Below are positions 30,787-41,123 of a DNA stretch of 64,000 bases, one piece after another; position 1 is the first letter of the stretch; each line of letters begins with the position of its first letter. The DNA is from an uncultured delta proteobacterium. GTDB lineage: Bacteria; Desulfobacterota; Binatia; UBA9968. Below the pieces are notes generated by a model, which worked only from the letters and a program-made list of their open reading frames with translations, was not told the DNA's origin and searched no databases. Where the stretch lies: assembly GCA_963737905.1 (NCBI GenBank), contig CAVTUQ010000009.1, forward strand, positions 192,001 to 256,000, in the 5' to 3' direction. The position numbers were made by a program, and so were the translations under genes.

Positions 30787-31935
30787 ATGCAAGTCATCGA
30801 TTCGGACGGGCATCTGCATGAGCCTTTCGATCTCTTCGAACGCCATATAGAGAAAGAATTCTATTCCATGCGTCCTCGCGTGGTGGAACTGCGCGACGAA
30901 CAAAGAGACGAAGGGCGTTGGTTGGTCGAGGGGCGGCTGGTTCCTCGTCTTCCTTTCACCAAGGGTGTTGGTGGTGGCGGCTTCCGATATCAAACGCCGC
31001 GCCACGCCCAGATGAAAGCCAAAGACAATTCACTGGACGACATCGAAGGCCGGCTCCAGGATCTGGACCACATGGCAATTGATTTTCAGGTGGTCTACCC
31101 GACGGCGCTTGTCTGGGTTTTCGACCTGGAAAACAAGGAATTGGCCGCCGCCGTCTGCCGCGCCTACAATAATTACATCGCCGAACAATGCGCGAACGCG
31201 CCCAAGAGATTAAGTGGTGTTGCTCTGCTGCCGATTCAAGATCCGCCGGCGGCTGTCGAAGAAGCGCGGCGCGCCATCCAAAAGCTCGGTTTGCTCGGCG
31301 TTGTCATTCCCGGGATAGTCGGGAAGAAGCCGCTTCACGCTAAAGAGTTCATTCCATTCTTCGAGACGATGAATGAACTGAACGCGCCCATAGGGTTCCA
31401 CGCCGTCACCGGTATGCACTACACGCCGTGGGCGGACTGCTTCACTGATTTTTTCTCCACCCACGTCACGGCGATGCCCTTCTCGATGATGGTGGCGATG
31501 ATGTCGATGGTTCGCTCAGGACTGTTGAAGACGCTGCCTCGTTTGCGCTGCGCGTTCCTGGAGATCGGCGCGAGCTGGTTCCCTTATTGGAATTGGTGGG
31601 TGGGAAAACATATTGAGCATGTCCTGGAGCCGCGCGCGGGCCGCAAAGAAAGCAGCTGGGGCAGAGAGCCTTACGAGTTGCCGTCCACGGTTCATGAGCC
31701 CATCGAAGATATCCTCGAAGGCAGAATCTTGAGCGGCTTTGAAGCGGATGAAAACCTGCGTTCGATTATCGATCAACTCGGCAGCAAGGGATTCATGTAC
31801 GCCAGCGATTATCCCCATAGCGATATGGAATGGGACCGCGTTCAGTCGATCAAACGATCCGAGGCTCTAACCGCCGCGGAGAAGGCTGACCTGTTGGGTG
31901 AAAATGCCCGGCGCTTCTACAATTTGGAGATTTGA
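30787..31935 (+). CDS. Amidohydrolase family protein (ACMSD-like decarboxylase/hydratase group)
   Basis: IDSDGHLHEP, VVYPT, CRAYNNY, AFLEIG, YASDYPH, LGENARRFY. Confidence 0.88.
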   Translation: MQVIDSDGHLHEPFDLFERHIEKEFYSMRPRVVELRDEQRDEGRWLVEGRLVPRLPFTKGVGGGGFRYQTPRHAQMKAKDNSLDDIEGRLQDLDHMAIDFQVVYPTALVWVFDLENKELAAAVCRAYNNYIAEQCANAPKRLSGVALLPIQDPPAAVEEARRAIQKLGLLGVVIPGIVGKKPLHAKEFIPFFETMNELNAPIGFHAVTGMHYTPWADCFTDFFSTHVTAMPFSMMVAMMSMVRSGLLKTLPRLRCAFLEIGASWFPYWNWWVGKHIEHVLEPRAGRKESSWGREPYELPSTVHEPIEDILEGRILSGFEADENLRSIIDQLGSKGFMYASDYPHSDMEWDRVQSIKRSEALTAAEKADLLGENARRFYNLEI

Positions 31936-32095
31936 AATCTTTATAGGCTCCTTAAAGTAGCCCTCCCGCTGATCGAAGCACGGCTGCTCGAAAAAAAGCG
32001 CAAGCGTCTGCGGGCGATCGCCGTGGAAGGTCCCGCGGTTTGTATGATCGTCTTGAGCTTCAGCCTCTCAAACCTCTCGTTTTCAGGCAACGGCG

Positions 32096-33778
32096 TCATT
32101 TCACCAGCTCAACGTAACCCATGCGGTTTGAAAGATTGCCGGACCACCAGACACGGTTCGGATTGTTTTGGTCGACCTCGATCCTTCTCGCATCCGACTC
32201 CGCGCTAGCTAGGGGAAATTCCACCCACGTTTCGGTTTTGGGATCGAAACGCGCAATCTTGTCCACGTGCTGTAAACTCACCCAGATCAGATTATGCTTT
32301 AGGTCTACGTCCGCCAAATAAAGTCCGGAATCCTCGCTTGGCGGCGTATAGACGGTCATCTTGGTGGTTTTGTAATCGATCTTCATCAGCTTTCCCGCGC
32401 CATGAAGGCCGACCCAGATGTTTCCTTCGGCGTCCGTCCCCATCTTCCGCGGAACGGAGTCTTCCACTGGGATGTCAAACTCATCGATCTTGCCCGTGAC
32501 TGGGTCGATTCGGCCCATCTTGTTCATGGCGTTCTCGGCAAACCAGATCATGCCATCACCCGCTATGGCCATCCCATACGGGTTGGCGGTCCGTCCCGCC
32601 TTGACCCCTGCAGGAACGTCAAAGAAAGTGAACTGCCTGGTTCTCGGATCCAAGCGAATGACCTGGTTGCCGGCGATGGAATTTAACCAAACCGTTCCAT
32701 TAGGATGGACACGCATCGTATTTCCGCTGGCGTTGCCGGTTTTGGTTTTTGGCAGCTCAAAGACACTGAATTCCCTTGCCCTTGTGTCATAGCTCAACCA
32801 TCGGCGGTTGGGTCCACCATCCATCACCCAAAGTTTATTGTTAGGACCGGTCCTGATGCCGTTCAGACGAAGGAATTTCGATGGTGCGGGAGGCGGGGCG
32901 ACATCGGTGTAGATCAAAGTTTTGGGATCCAAGCGGCCCAGGTGCCCGCCTCTTCGTTGGCTGACCCAACCATTTCCGTCGGAGTCCACTGCCACCTCGT
33001 GCGGTTCCGCGTCGCGAATAGGCAGCTCATATTCTACGGCTATATATTTGGTTGCCTCCCCTTGGAGTAGGGTCCTGGGCAAGCGGCTATTAGGATCCGG
33101 CTTCGATCTTGCGGCCCTCTCTCTTGCGCCGAAATTCGTTGCCACATAGTCCAACAGAACTTTAGCTTCTTGATCGGTCAAATCTTTGGCAAGCGTTGAG
33201 CCCCGTGCGTAAAGGCGCATGTTCTGTATAATTTCTTCCCAGCGGCCCCGGTCAGCTCGGGCTCTCACGATCCGTTGGGCGTCATGGCAAGCAACGGCAC
33301 ATTTCGTCTCGACGATCTGCTTGCCCACTCCTTCCGCTAGAGTCGGAGCGCCTCTTGTTGCCGCTTCCGCTTCGCCGCCCCGCTCACCTGGCCTCCTGCC
33401 CGGCCATGCTCCAGGCAGCTGCGGTGTCCGCATCGCCGTCAGAGACAGATCCAGTGTCGCTGGCCGGCCAGCGGCTACGTCTATTGGAGCAGACAGCTCG
33501 CTCTGGTAGTCGCCTGCGATCGCTTGTACGACATATTTTCCGGCAGGAAGATTATTGGCTGTGAAACGGCCTTGCGCTTGGGTGGCGACCATAAACATGA
33601 TTGGCCGCTCCGCATTTTTCAATTTCACAAATGCCCCAGAGACCGGCGCCTCTGACGAATTCTTGACCACGCCCTGTAGCGTGCCTGACCTATCTTGTGC
33701 CTGAGTGAGGTGGGGGTTGAGAATCGTGATGAAAGACAAGGTCAGAATAACTATTTGCGACGAAATTTGCTTGAACAT
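32096..33778 (-). CDS. Secreted protein: carboxypeptidase-regulatory-like domain, cytochrome c-like domain and Vgb-lyase-like beta-propeller
   Basis: Signal peptide; GVVKNSSEAPVSGAFV; CAVACH followed by a later Met; repeated PH/PY...DG.IWF blades. Confidence 0.8.
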   Translation of the reverse strand: MFKQISSQIVILTLSFITILNPHLTQAQDRSGTLQGVVKNSSEAPVSGAFVKLKNAERPIMFMVATQAQGRFTANNLPAGKYVVQAIAGDYQSELSAPIDVAAGRPATLDLSLTAMRTPQLPGAWPGRRPGERGGEAEAATRGAPTLAEGVGKQIVETKCAVACHDAQRIVRARADRGRWEEIIQNMRLYARGSTLAKDLTDQEAKVLLDYVATNFGARERAARSKPDPNSRLPRTLLQGEATKYIAVEYELPIRDAEPHEVAVDSDGNGWVSQRRGGHLGRLDPKTLIYTDVAPPPAPSKFLRLNGIRTGPNNKLWVMDGGPNRRWLSYDTRAREFSVFELPKTKTGNASGNTMRVHPNGTVWLNSIAGNQVIRLDPRTRQFTFFDVPAGVKAGRTANPYGMAIAGDGMIWFAENAMNKMGRIDPVTGKIDEFDIPVEDSVPRKMGTDAEGNIWVGLHGAGKLMKIDYKTTKMTVYTPPSEDSGLYLADVDLKHNLIWVSLQHVDKIARFDPKTETWVEFPLASAESDARRIEVDQNNPNRVWWSGNLSNRMGYVELVK

Positions 33779-34260
33779 TGCCTTCCTCCCGCCCTTAGGG
33801 CATTTAGGTTAAAAACGGCTGTCCAACAAAAACCTCTTCTCTCGCTTCATTCGTCCAATGGCTTGCTTTACTTGCCTTGCGGAATGTCAATCTGCGCCGA
33901 AGCTATCTCAGAGATCTTCTCGACGTCAAGCTCAAAAAGGTTTTGACCGCTGGATGATGCCGTGAGGTGCAACACTGGAGTCTTGGCCCCAAAATCAATT
34001 AATAAATCTAACGCCGTTTCATGAATATTCTCGGGTGACATTACTTATTAAACAGATTTCGTAGACACCACACTAGTCAGCGCTCACAATTGAATTGAGC
34101 TTGTCAAAAAAACGAGCGCATCTTCCGCAAGCTCGAAAGAGAAGGGACGTACCCAAGTAGCTGGACGCTGCACGTTGTGCATGGTATGGCCGATCAGTAT
34201 TCCGACATCTCGGCTTAGAGACATTCAGGCCCGTCCTTTCAGCCAACTCCGGAGGCTAAC

Positions 34261-34824
34261 CTGAGTTCACCAACACCAACCGACAGAGAAGCACCTGAAA
34301 CGCCGAGTGTCGAGGACGCAATTTCCAGGCAAACCTGGCGCTCTCTCCACGCTTTGCGTCGACTGCGGATCTTGGATGCGCTCGGCCATCGCGAGTTCCG
34401 CTTGTTATGGTACGGCCAGATATTCTCGTCCATGGCAACATGGATGGACCACGTTGCCCGTGGGTGGCTTATCTATGAGCTGACGGACTCAGCGTTCCAG
34501 TTGGGATTGGTGCGAGGAATTCAGGCCATCCCGATTCTCTTGCTGTCCCCGCTGGCGGGGAGCACCGCCGACCGCTATTCGCGCAAGATGCAAGTCGTGG
34601 TAGCTCAAGTGGTGGACGGATTGTTGTACGCTGTGATCGCACTGCTGATAGTTACAGGCGAGATCCAGCCGTGGCACGTCTATGTGACCGCCTTTGGCAT
34701 GTCCATCGTCTGGACTTTTCAGCAACCCTCCCGGGCCGCCATGGTCGGGGATGCAGTGCCATTGAATCAACTGACCAACGCCGTCCATCGACTCACCCCG
34801 ACTATCAGAGGGAAGTGGAGTTAA
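34261..34824 (+). pseudogene. 3'-truncated MFS transporter, paralog of 12177..13463
   Basis: Near-identical N-half (YGQIF.SM.TWMD.V.RGWLIYELTDSA.QLGLVRG.QAIP...ADRYSRKMQVV). Homology breaks at LTNA. Possible CTG start at 34261 after GGAGG. Confidence 0.75.
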
Positions 34825-35077
34825 ATGATAACTGGTATAATTGACAGCGAAGCGTCGCTGTTTGGATTAACCCCTGTTCGGGCGAAGGCAACGATCTGTG
34901 TGTTGAGGATGTCTTCAGGCGCCTCGTTTAGAGCAGACATCCGGGAAGGAAGGGAGATCATTGCCGAGCACCAAGAGGCCGATCCAAGCTATGTGCTCGA
35001 GTGCCTTCGCCCTTCAGGGTTCACCCCCTCGGCGCGCGGAGTGTCGTGATTTCTCCGGGTCTGTGCCGCAACGCGGG

Positions 35078-35995
35078 CTAGGAGGCTTCTTCTTGCGCCA
35101 GACCAAGAACTCTTTTCCACATTTTGCCGCCGTTGGTGGAGTGTCGCGTTTTATCTTGCAATTGCGCGATCAGTAGTCGCTTTTCACAAAGTTCCGCGCT
35201 CAGTTTTTCGCATTCAGAAGATAGCCGTTCAATGAACCTGCCAATCTCTGTTTCGCGGAGGGCGGCCGCATCGATGAAGCCTTGTTTTTGTTTAAGTTCC
35301 CTTTCCCGGCTTGCTAATTTCGCCTCGGTCTCTTGGAGTCGAAGTTGGAGATTTTGAATACTGGCTCGCAAATCTCCCTCGTGCCGACCTAAAGCCAATT
35401 CCCGCGCGGCAAGGGACTCCTCACGCTTTCCCAGCTCAAGCTTGAGGTCGGCGAATTCGGCCTCTATGCGTTCCGTTTGTTGATGGGTGCGAGTTTCCGC
35501 TCGTTCAACGGCGAGTTCGGTTTCTTTTAATCGACCGACAAGAAAGTCTCTTTCCGCTGCCAGATGTTGTAATTGAATTTCCCGGTTTTTTACTTGAGTC
35601 TCCTGGTCTTGAATGCGGCTTTCGAATTCCGCGAACTTTGCGTTTGACGCCTCCTCAAGTGTCGCCAGAGCTATGTCTCGTGCCTGGAGAAAATCTTCCT
35701 TCTCTTTGATTTGGCCCTGCAAGGCTTTGATCTCAGCTTCCAGCGTCTCTTCGATGTGGTCGGCTGATTTGGCTTCCCTGAGAGCTGCGTCACAGACCTG
35801 GTCAGCGAAGGATCTCAACTCGTTCAGGAGGCTCAGGAGACGGCTGGCACGGGTATTAATATCAGGAGCCCGTTCGTGAACCGCATCGGTGACGACGTTT
35901 TCGTCAGCCTGGATAGTTTCGTGCGGCCTGCCATCGCCATCGAACTTAGCAGCAACTCCACCGGCATCTGGAAGTTCCACGATCTTCTCGAACAA
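35078..35995 (-). CDS. Long coiled-coil protein with C-terminal amphipathic helix
   Basis: About 240 aa of E/K/R/L/Q heptads lacking Pro; ends MWKRVLGLA; RBS CAGGAGG. Confidence 0.75.
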   Translation of the reverse strand: MFEKIVELPDAGGVAAKFDGDGRPHETIQADENVVTDAVHERAPDINTRASRLLSLLNELRSFADQVCDAALREAKSADHIEETLEAEIKALQGQIKEKEDFLQARDIALATLEEASNAKFAEFESRIQDQETQVKNREIQLQHLAAERDFLVGRLKETELAVERAETRTHQQTERIEAEFADLKLELGKREESLAARELALGRHEGDLRASIQNLQLRLQETEAKLASRERELKQKQGFIDAAALRETEIGRFIERLSSECEKLSAELCEKRLLIAQLQDKTRHSTNGGKMWKRVLGLAQEEAS

Positions 35996-36052
35996 AATGA
36001 CCTCCTGCTAACGAAGTCGAATTTCGCCCCTGAAGGCGTCGGCAAAAAGCCG

Positions 36053-36068
36053 AGCAAGTCTCATACCG
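36053..36068 (-). promoter_or_regulatory. Putative sigma54 promoter CGGTAT-GAGAC-TTGCT for the coiled-coil gene
   Basis: GG-N10-GC spacing on the minus strand about 57 bp upstream of ATG 35995. Confidence 0.45.
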
Positions 36069-36330
36069 CCGGGAGGATTTTTTATCCTTTTCGATAAGCC
36101 ATTGAAAAAACGGGTTTCTTCGCTCAATGGATTAGCACAATACCTGCAAAAGGAAGACATAGATGAACATTACAGGACAGAATTGGCCATTGCCGTCAGT
36201 GGGTAATCATGCGAGAGCGAAAATGCCATCGACAAATATCGAGGGAGCAGAAACGACAGAAACAAATGAAAGTATTTACGGGCTAGACGGGAGTCGAAGG
36301 GCCGTCTTGTCGGTGTTGTGCGAGCTAGAG

Positions 36331-37005
36331 TTACCTATAAGCCGCGGGTGCCGTCGGCTGGTGCATTACCAAGAGGGCGGCCTTGAAGCGGTTGTGGACT
36401 TGCAGCTTGTCGAAGATGTTCGTGAGATGAGTCTTAACGGTTTTCTCGCTGATGAAAATCCTTTTCGCGATTTCGTCGTTCGATAATCCTTCGGCAACCA
36501 AGTGTAGGATCTCCAGCTCTCGCTTGGTCAGGCTCTGGAGTGTCTCATTGGCGGGCGGACCCGCATCGAGTGACTGTCCGCTCGCGATTCGCTGAAAATC
36601 AACGCTCGCCGGGAGTTCACGATCTACCCAAATTTCACCGGCGTGCACTTTCCTTATTGCCTGGAGCAAGGTGGGTGACGAAACACCTTTGAGAATATAG
36701 CCGCGAGCGTGCCCCTTGGCGGTGTCTAATACATTCTCGGTCTCCGAATAAGCAGTGAGAATCATCACCTTCGTTGCTGGACTCTTTGCATTGATTTTGG
36801 CCAACGACTGGAGGCTGTCTCCTTTGGGCATTTTGAGATCCAGAAGCAGGATATCCGGCCGCATGCGCTCGACAACGCTGACCGCTTCATCGCCACTAGA
36901 GGCCTCACCGACTACCAGAATATCTTTCTCCATGGAAAAAATTCGCCTGAGACCCTCACGAAATAAAGCATGGTCATCGGCAATAACTAGTTTAATCGGC
37001 CCCAC
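36331..37005 (-). CDS. NarL/LuxR-family response regulator
   Basis: ADDH, LLLDLKMP phosphoacceptor, GYILK; HTH LTKRELEILHLVAEGLSNDEIA...TVKTHL. Confidence 0.93.
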   Translation of the reverse strand: MGPIKLVIADDHALFREGLRRIFSMEKDILVVGEASSGDEAVSVVERMRPDILLLDLKMPKGDSLQSLAKINAKSPATKVMILTAYSETENVLDTAKGHARGYILKGVSSPTLLQAIRKVHAGEIWVDRELPASVDFQRIASGQSLDAGPPANETLQSLTKRELEILHLVAEGLSNDEIAKRIFISEKTVKTHLTNIFDKLQVHNRFKAALLVMHQPTAPAAYR

Positions 37006-37232
37006 GTTTCGGGTCCCATTCTAATACTACGATAGTTGTACGTAGCTTATCAAAAACCAAAAGAGTTATGGAAGATACTGGGACTTATTGCTTAAAAGTA
37101 GCCGGGTAGCCATCAGCCGGTATCAACGGTGGCCACGCGACCGTCTGTTTGGTTTCGCAAGTCAATCTAAAGTCTCCGAATGTCAAGACGATGACTCTTC
37201 GAAGCATTACCTTTTTCCCTGGGAGGTTCATA

Positions 37233-37619
37233 ATGGATTTACAAATCAAGTTATTCACTGGCCTGGACCGGGGAAATCACGTGATAATAATAACCCGCGG
37301 TGCAATAGACATTGAGGGATTTAGAGAGATATTTCGCAACGTTGTGAATACAACCCATTCCCTCCTTGACTGCAAGGTGCTGATCGATCTCCAAGATGCG
37401 ACGTACAAACTGGAACCGGGAGATATCCGCGCTTTTGCCGACAATCTAAGGCCGGAGTATTGGCCCAATACCAACAGAGTTGCCCTGGTTTCTGAGCCAG
37501 ACCCACAGGACTACCGCCAGCTGTGTGTTCTGAGCACGTTTTTGTCGAATCGGGCTATCAAAAACGCTGTCTTTAAGGACACAAAAACCGCTGTGAATTG
37601 GCTCGCTGAACTAATGTAG
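37233..37619 (+). CDS. Small hypothetical protein, SpoIIAA/STAS-like fold
   Basis: RBS GGGAGG; KVLIDL, RVALV and C-terminal VFKDTKTAVNWL pattern typical of SpoIIAA-like proteins. Confidence 0.6.
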   Translation: MDLQIKLFTGLDRGNHVIIITRGAIDIEGFREIFRNVVNTTHSLLDCKVLIDLQDATYKLEPGDIRAFADNLRPEYWPNTNRVALVSEPDPQDYRQLCVLSTFLSNRAIKNAVFKDTKTAVNWLAELM

Positions 37620-37716
37620 CTCCGATAGCTGGCCGGGCAGCAAACTCAGGCTTGGCCACCTATTTCCTGCGTAGGCGCAGACTGTCTCGTAGCCTTCAAG
37701 ATTCGTAAACCACTGT

Positions 37717-38754
37717 CTATTTTTGAAAGCCAAAGATCTTGCCGTACTCAGAGGTGAGGCGATCCACCATCTCGGCCTGTTCTTGTTTCATGTAGATGAC
37801 CTTTTTCCCCTGCGCGTATTTGTAGGCCGGTGTGCCGGGGACAAAGGCTGAGGTTTGCCCGCCGAACTTGTACAATACTTCCTGAGCTTGCGTAGTCGTG
37901 AGAAAAGCAGAGAACAGATGTCCCGCATTGGGATGCGGGGAACCTTTGAGCACGCCTGCATTGTAAGCCGGAGAAATCACGGGCGTCACCTCTTCGGCAT
38001 GGACGATCGGCGCACCCTTCAGCTTGGCCTGATGTGTGAAGCTATCCGTCATCGTGATCGTGACGAGAATTTCACCCAACTGTAGGCGCGTGTAAAGCGT
38101 GCCGAATTCTCCCAGCATCGGCTCTTGTCGCGCCAGAAGTTTCACGTACTCCGTTGTCTTGCTCTCTCCCCATAGCGTCGCCAGCCGGGCGAGATGGTGC
38201 GTGGCGGTGCTCATGCCCAATTTGCCGCCTTTCCACTTGGGGTCGAGAAGATCCTGCCAGCTCTTGGGGACGTCTTGCGAAGCCACGAGCTTGTTGTTGT
38301 AGGCCGGCATGACAAACTGGTTCGCTAAAATAACCGTGCCGCTGTCAAATTGAATTGCCTGTGGATCGACACCGATTTTCGTGTAATCGAATGTTTTGTG
38401 GAGTTTCTTCAGCCAGAGAGTGGCATGGCCTCCATCATGCACCAGCATGACATCCCATTCTTGCGGCAGGCCGGAGGCTGATATTCCGACAATTTTCCCC
38501 ACGTCTCTGGTCATCGACCCAGAGGGGCTAAAATTCAACTTGAGGTTCAGACCGTAGTGCTTGTTGAATGCTTCGCCCAGTCTCTGGGCTCCTTGAGGAG
38601 TCAAGGTGGACGGTGCATAGAGTTCGATGACGCCCTCCTTTTTCGCGCCGGCGATGAGTTCGTCAATGGGCGCTGCACTTGCTGGCCAAATGGACACGCC
38701 AAAAATGAGCAGCGCTACTAGAAATGAAGCACCATTGAATCTCCATTGCTTCAC
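37717..38754 (-). CDS. ABC extracellular solute-binding protein (iron/thiamine-type)
   Basis: Signal peptide, AKKEGVI, PAYN, PKSWQDLLDPKWKG, SPHPNAGHLF. Confidence 0.85.
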   Translation of the reverse strand: MKQWRFNGASFLVALLIFGVSIWPASAAPIDELIAGAKKEGVIELYAPSTLTPQGAQRLGEAFNKHYGLNLKLNFSPSGSMTRDVGKIVGISASGLPQEWDVMLVHDGGHATLWLKKLHKTFDYTKIGVDPQAIQFDSGTVILANQFVMPAYNNKLVASQDVPKSWQDLLDPKWKGGKLGMSTATHHLARLATLWGESKTTEYVKLLARQEPMLGEFGTLYTRLQLGEILVTITMTDSFTHQAKLKGAPIVHAEEVTPVISPAYNAGVLKGSPHPNAGHLFSAFLTTTQAQEVLYKFGGQTSAFVPGTPAYKYAQGKKVIYMKQEQAEMVDRLTSEYGKIFGFQK

Positions 38755-38929
38755 GGACCACCTCCTGTTATCGACTTGATGGGCACTTTATTGCGGCTGT
38801 GACAGGTTCGCAAGAATAATATTTCTTGACTCCCGTCTCGACGCGCCCTAATCTCTCGCGGAGTCAAAATGAAATAAACCTAACTTAAGAGAAGCGACCC
38901 GGCGGCTCGCATGCTGGAAAGAAGCATCG

Positions 38930-39994
38930 ATGGTAAGGAAAGGAGCTAACATGTTCCCCATTGATCGAATGATTTCGTTAGGAGTAAGAAAGGGATTGCA
39001 AATCCTTCTCGGTGCGACCTTTGGTCTGACCTGTCCGCTTACCGCCGCGGGAGCAGAGCTCGGCGGAAAGCCGGAGAAGGCAGCGGTCTCTATCGCCTAC
39101 GTATCACCTAGCGCTGCCTTCACCCCGCTTTTTGTCGCCGCCGAAGCCGGCCTTTTTTCCAAATACGGACTGAATGTGAAGGCCCAATTGCTTGGCCCTG
39201 CAGTTGCCCAGCAGGGTCTTGTTTCCGAGGAAATTGATATCCTCGTAGACGGGCCTCTTCTAATACCGGCTAGGCTCGGTGCCGCGCGCGTTAGATATTT
39301 TGGGGCATACATGCAGCGCTATGCGTTTCAGATATGGGGCATAGCAGGAATCACGGCCCTCGAACAATTGAAGGGGAAGACAATAGCGGTATCGGTGCCG
39401 CGCGGTGCGATCGACATCTCCACCCGCGAAGCACTCAAAAAGAAAGGAATCACGCCTGACAGCGACGTCAAATTCGTATATAACGCTCAAGTTCCGGCCG
39501 TTCTCACAGCGATTCTAACCGGGACGGTTTCAGCAGGCACCATATCTGCCCCTCTCAACCTCAAAGCAAAAGAGGCCGGCCTCAATTTTTTGCTGGATAT
39601 TGGAGAGCTGAATATCTCCGGATTGCAAGGAGCGTATGGAACAACCGAGCGGTTTCTCGGCAACCATCCGCATACCCTCTATGCGTTCAGTAAAGCGATG
39701 GCTGAAGGCGTTGTTCTTTCCAAAAGAGATAGCGCTCTGGCAAAGAAAGCGATCGGCAAATTTGCCAAGGTCGATGATAGTAAGATACTCGATGCGTCTT
39801 ATGATGCCTACGCCCCTTATATCGAGACCAACCTTGCCGTCCGGGATCAAGTGATCCGAGCGGAGTTGGGGTACCTGGACCCCAAAGAATTTCCCCAGGC
39901 GAAGAATGCGAATCCAAGAGATTTCTTTGATAATTCGTTCGTCGAGAGCTTGGAGAAGTCCGGTTTCTTCGCGACGATCGGCCTGGGCAGATGA
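38930..39994 (+). CDS. ABC solute-binding protein, NMT1/SsuA-like
   Basis: EAGLFSKYGLNV, QLKGKTIAV, FFDNSFVESLEKSGF; start uncertain. Confidence 0.85.
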   Translation: MVRKGANMFPIDRMISLGVRKGLQILLGATFGLTCPLTAAGAELGGKPEKAAVSIAYVSPSAAFTPLFVAAEAGLFSKYGLNVKAQLLGPAVAQQGLVSEEIDILVDGPLLIPARLGAARVRYFGAYMQRYAFQIWGIAGITALEQLKGKTIAVSVPRGAIDISTREALKKKGITPDSDVKFVYNAQVPAVLTAILTGTVSAGTISAPLNLKAKEAGLNFLLDIGELNISGLQGAYGTTERFLGNHPHTLYAFSKAMAEGVVLSKRDSALAKKAIGKFAKVDDSKILDASYDAYAPYIETNLAVRDQVIRAELGYLDPKEFPQAKNANPRDFFDNSFVESLEKSGFFATIGLGR

Positions 39995-40034
39995 AGCGAC
40001 TGCCGCTACACAACTAAGGAGTCAGCAACGCTCG

Positions 40035-40410
40035 TCAGTTGGTGCTAGAGGTGCCTTTCCGATAGCGCGCGGCTCCCATGTGGCCCATCCCGATAACCAG
40101 CAATCCGAGGATCAGGTGAATCATCTGGATTACCCAGTGAAACGAGCCAAGCATGAGTGCCGACTGGTTCATGCCGAGGATTATCATGGTTGCCCCCACT
40201 ACCAGCGCACAGGTCGCGAATGAGCCAGCTACCACTTTTGGAAAATGCCTGCCCGATACCGATGACCCAGAGAGCGCCCACCGCCAAAAGACCCAGCAGC
40301 ATGTGCATTTGAATCAGGTTTGGAGCGCTGTTGGTCCAGATCAGGAGGCCCAGGATCAACGCCAGCAATCCCGCAAAGCTCAAGACAACGGATGCGATAC
40401 GGATGACCAT
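40035..40410 (-). CDS. Small four-TM membrane protein, frameshifted
   Basis: Two halves, each with a HM/LLLGLL..G motif; ORFs 40045..40410 and 40035..40235 join near 40225. Confidence 0.6.
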
Positions 40411-40504
40411 AACGGAGAGATTTTCGATTCCAATCTGCTTTCGAAGTCTCGGATAATTTTTCTATTATGCTGCCGGTGAGATCTTTCTTTCCGGCAGGCC
40501 TTTT

Positions 40505-40834
40505 TCACTCTGTGAATTGCAGCAACAGTACACTTAGGCTTGCAATGGACACGTAGCCATACACGACCGCCGTGACCGTAAACGCCGTGATCGTTAGGGA
40601 TCGTCGTCTGTTCCTGAGGGCAAAGATCAATAAAAGCAAAACACACGCAAATGTTTTCGAATAGAACAAACCCCAGATCCCACACCCCATTCGGATATGG
40701 CGCGACTCGACAAGCGGATTGGCCTCGGGCACGCCCTCAGACAAGACATGGTAGCTCAGCAGCCCATCGAACACCTGAAGCAGTAAGTTAAGGATAAAAG
40801 GGAACCAGACAGCGGGAATCAATGGTGCAGTCAT
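40505..40834 (-). CDS. Small membrane protein, DUF5658-like
   Basis: QVFDGLLSY...G..EANPL motif followed by two TM segments. Confidence 0.6.
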   Translation of the reverse strand: MTAPLIPAVWFPFILNLLLQVFDGLLSYHVLSEGVPEANPLVESRHIRMGCGIWGLFYSKTFACVLLLLIFALRNRRRSLTITAFTVTAVVYGYVSIASLSVLLLQFTE

Positions 40835-41123
40835 AGAATTCGCTTATTTCCGGAGACGCTCATTGTCAAGCCTCGTCGTAGAAAAATTTCCCTGTCCGTA
40901 CGCAATCAACTGAGAGCAAAACTGGCGGGCCTGATGCGCTCCCAATCGCTAAAAGGATGCCGCGGCTGAAAAGCCTGCGTCTTAACGCAGTTCAGAGATA
41001 TTCGTTGTGTGGTAGTGCTAAAAGGAAGGAAGACCGTTGGCAGGGAGGCCAGAGTCAATAACCCAACGTGATTCTTGCCCCCCATCCCTGGTCATTTCGT
41101 ATCTTTCGCAGAACGCCGGCAGC

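Noticed and set aside
33780-34260. ncRNA or tRNA (including tRNA-Sec) in this and other long intergenic gaps
   Set aside because: No cloverleaf, T-loop or recognisable riboswitch consensus seen by eye.
34825-35049. 74-aa ORF after the truncated MFS
   Set aside because: No recognisable motif, and it lies at a probable junction; I cannot support it as a gene.
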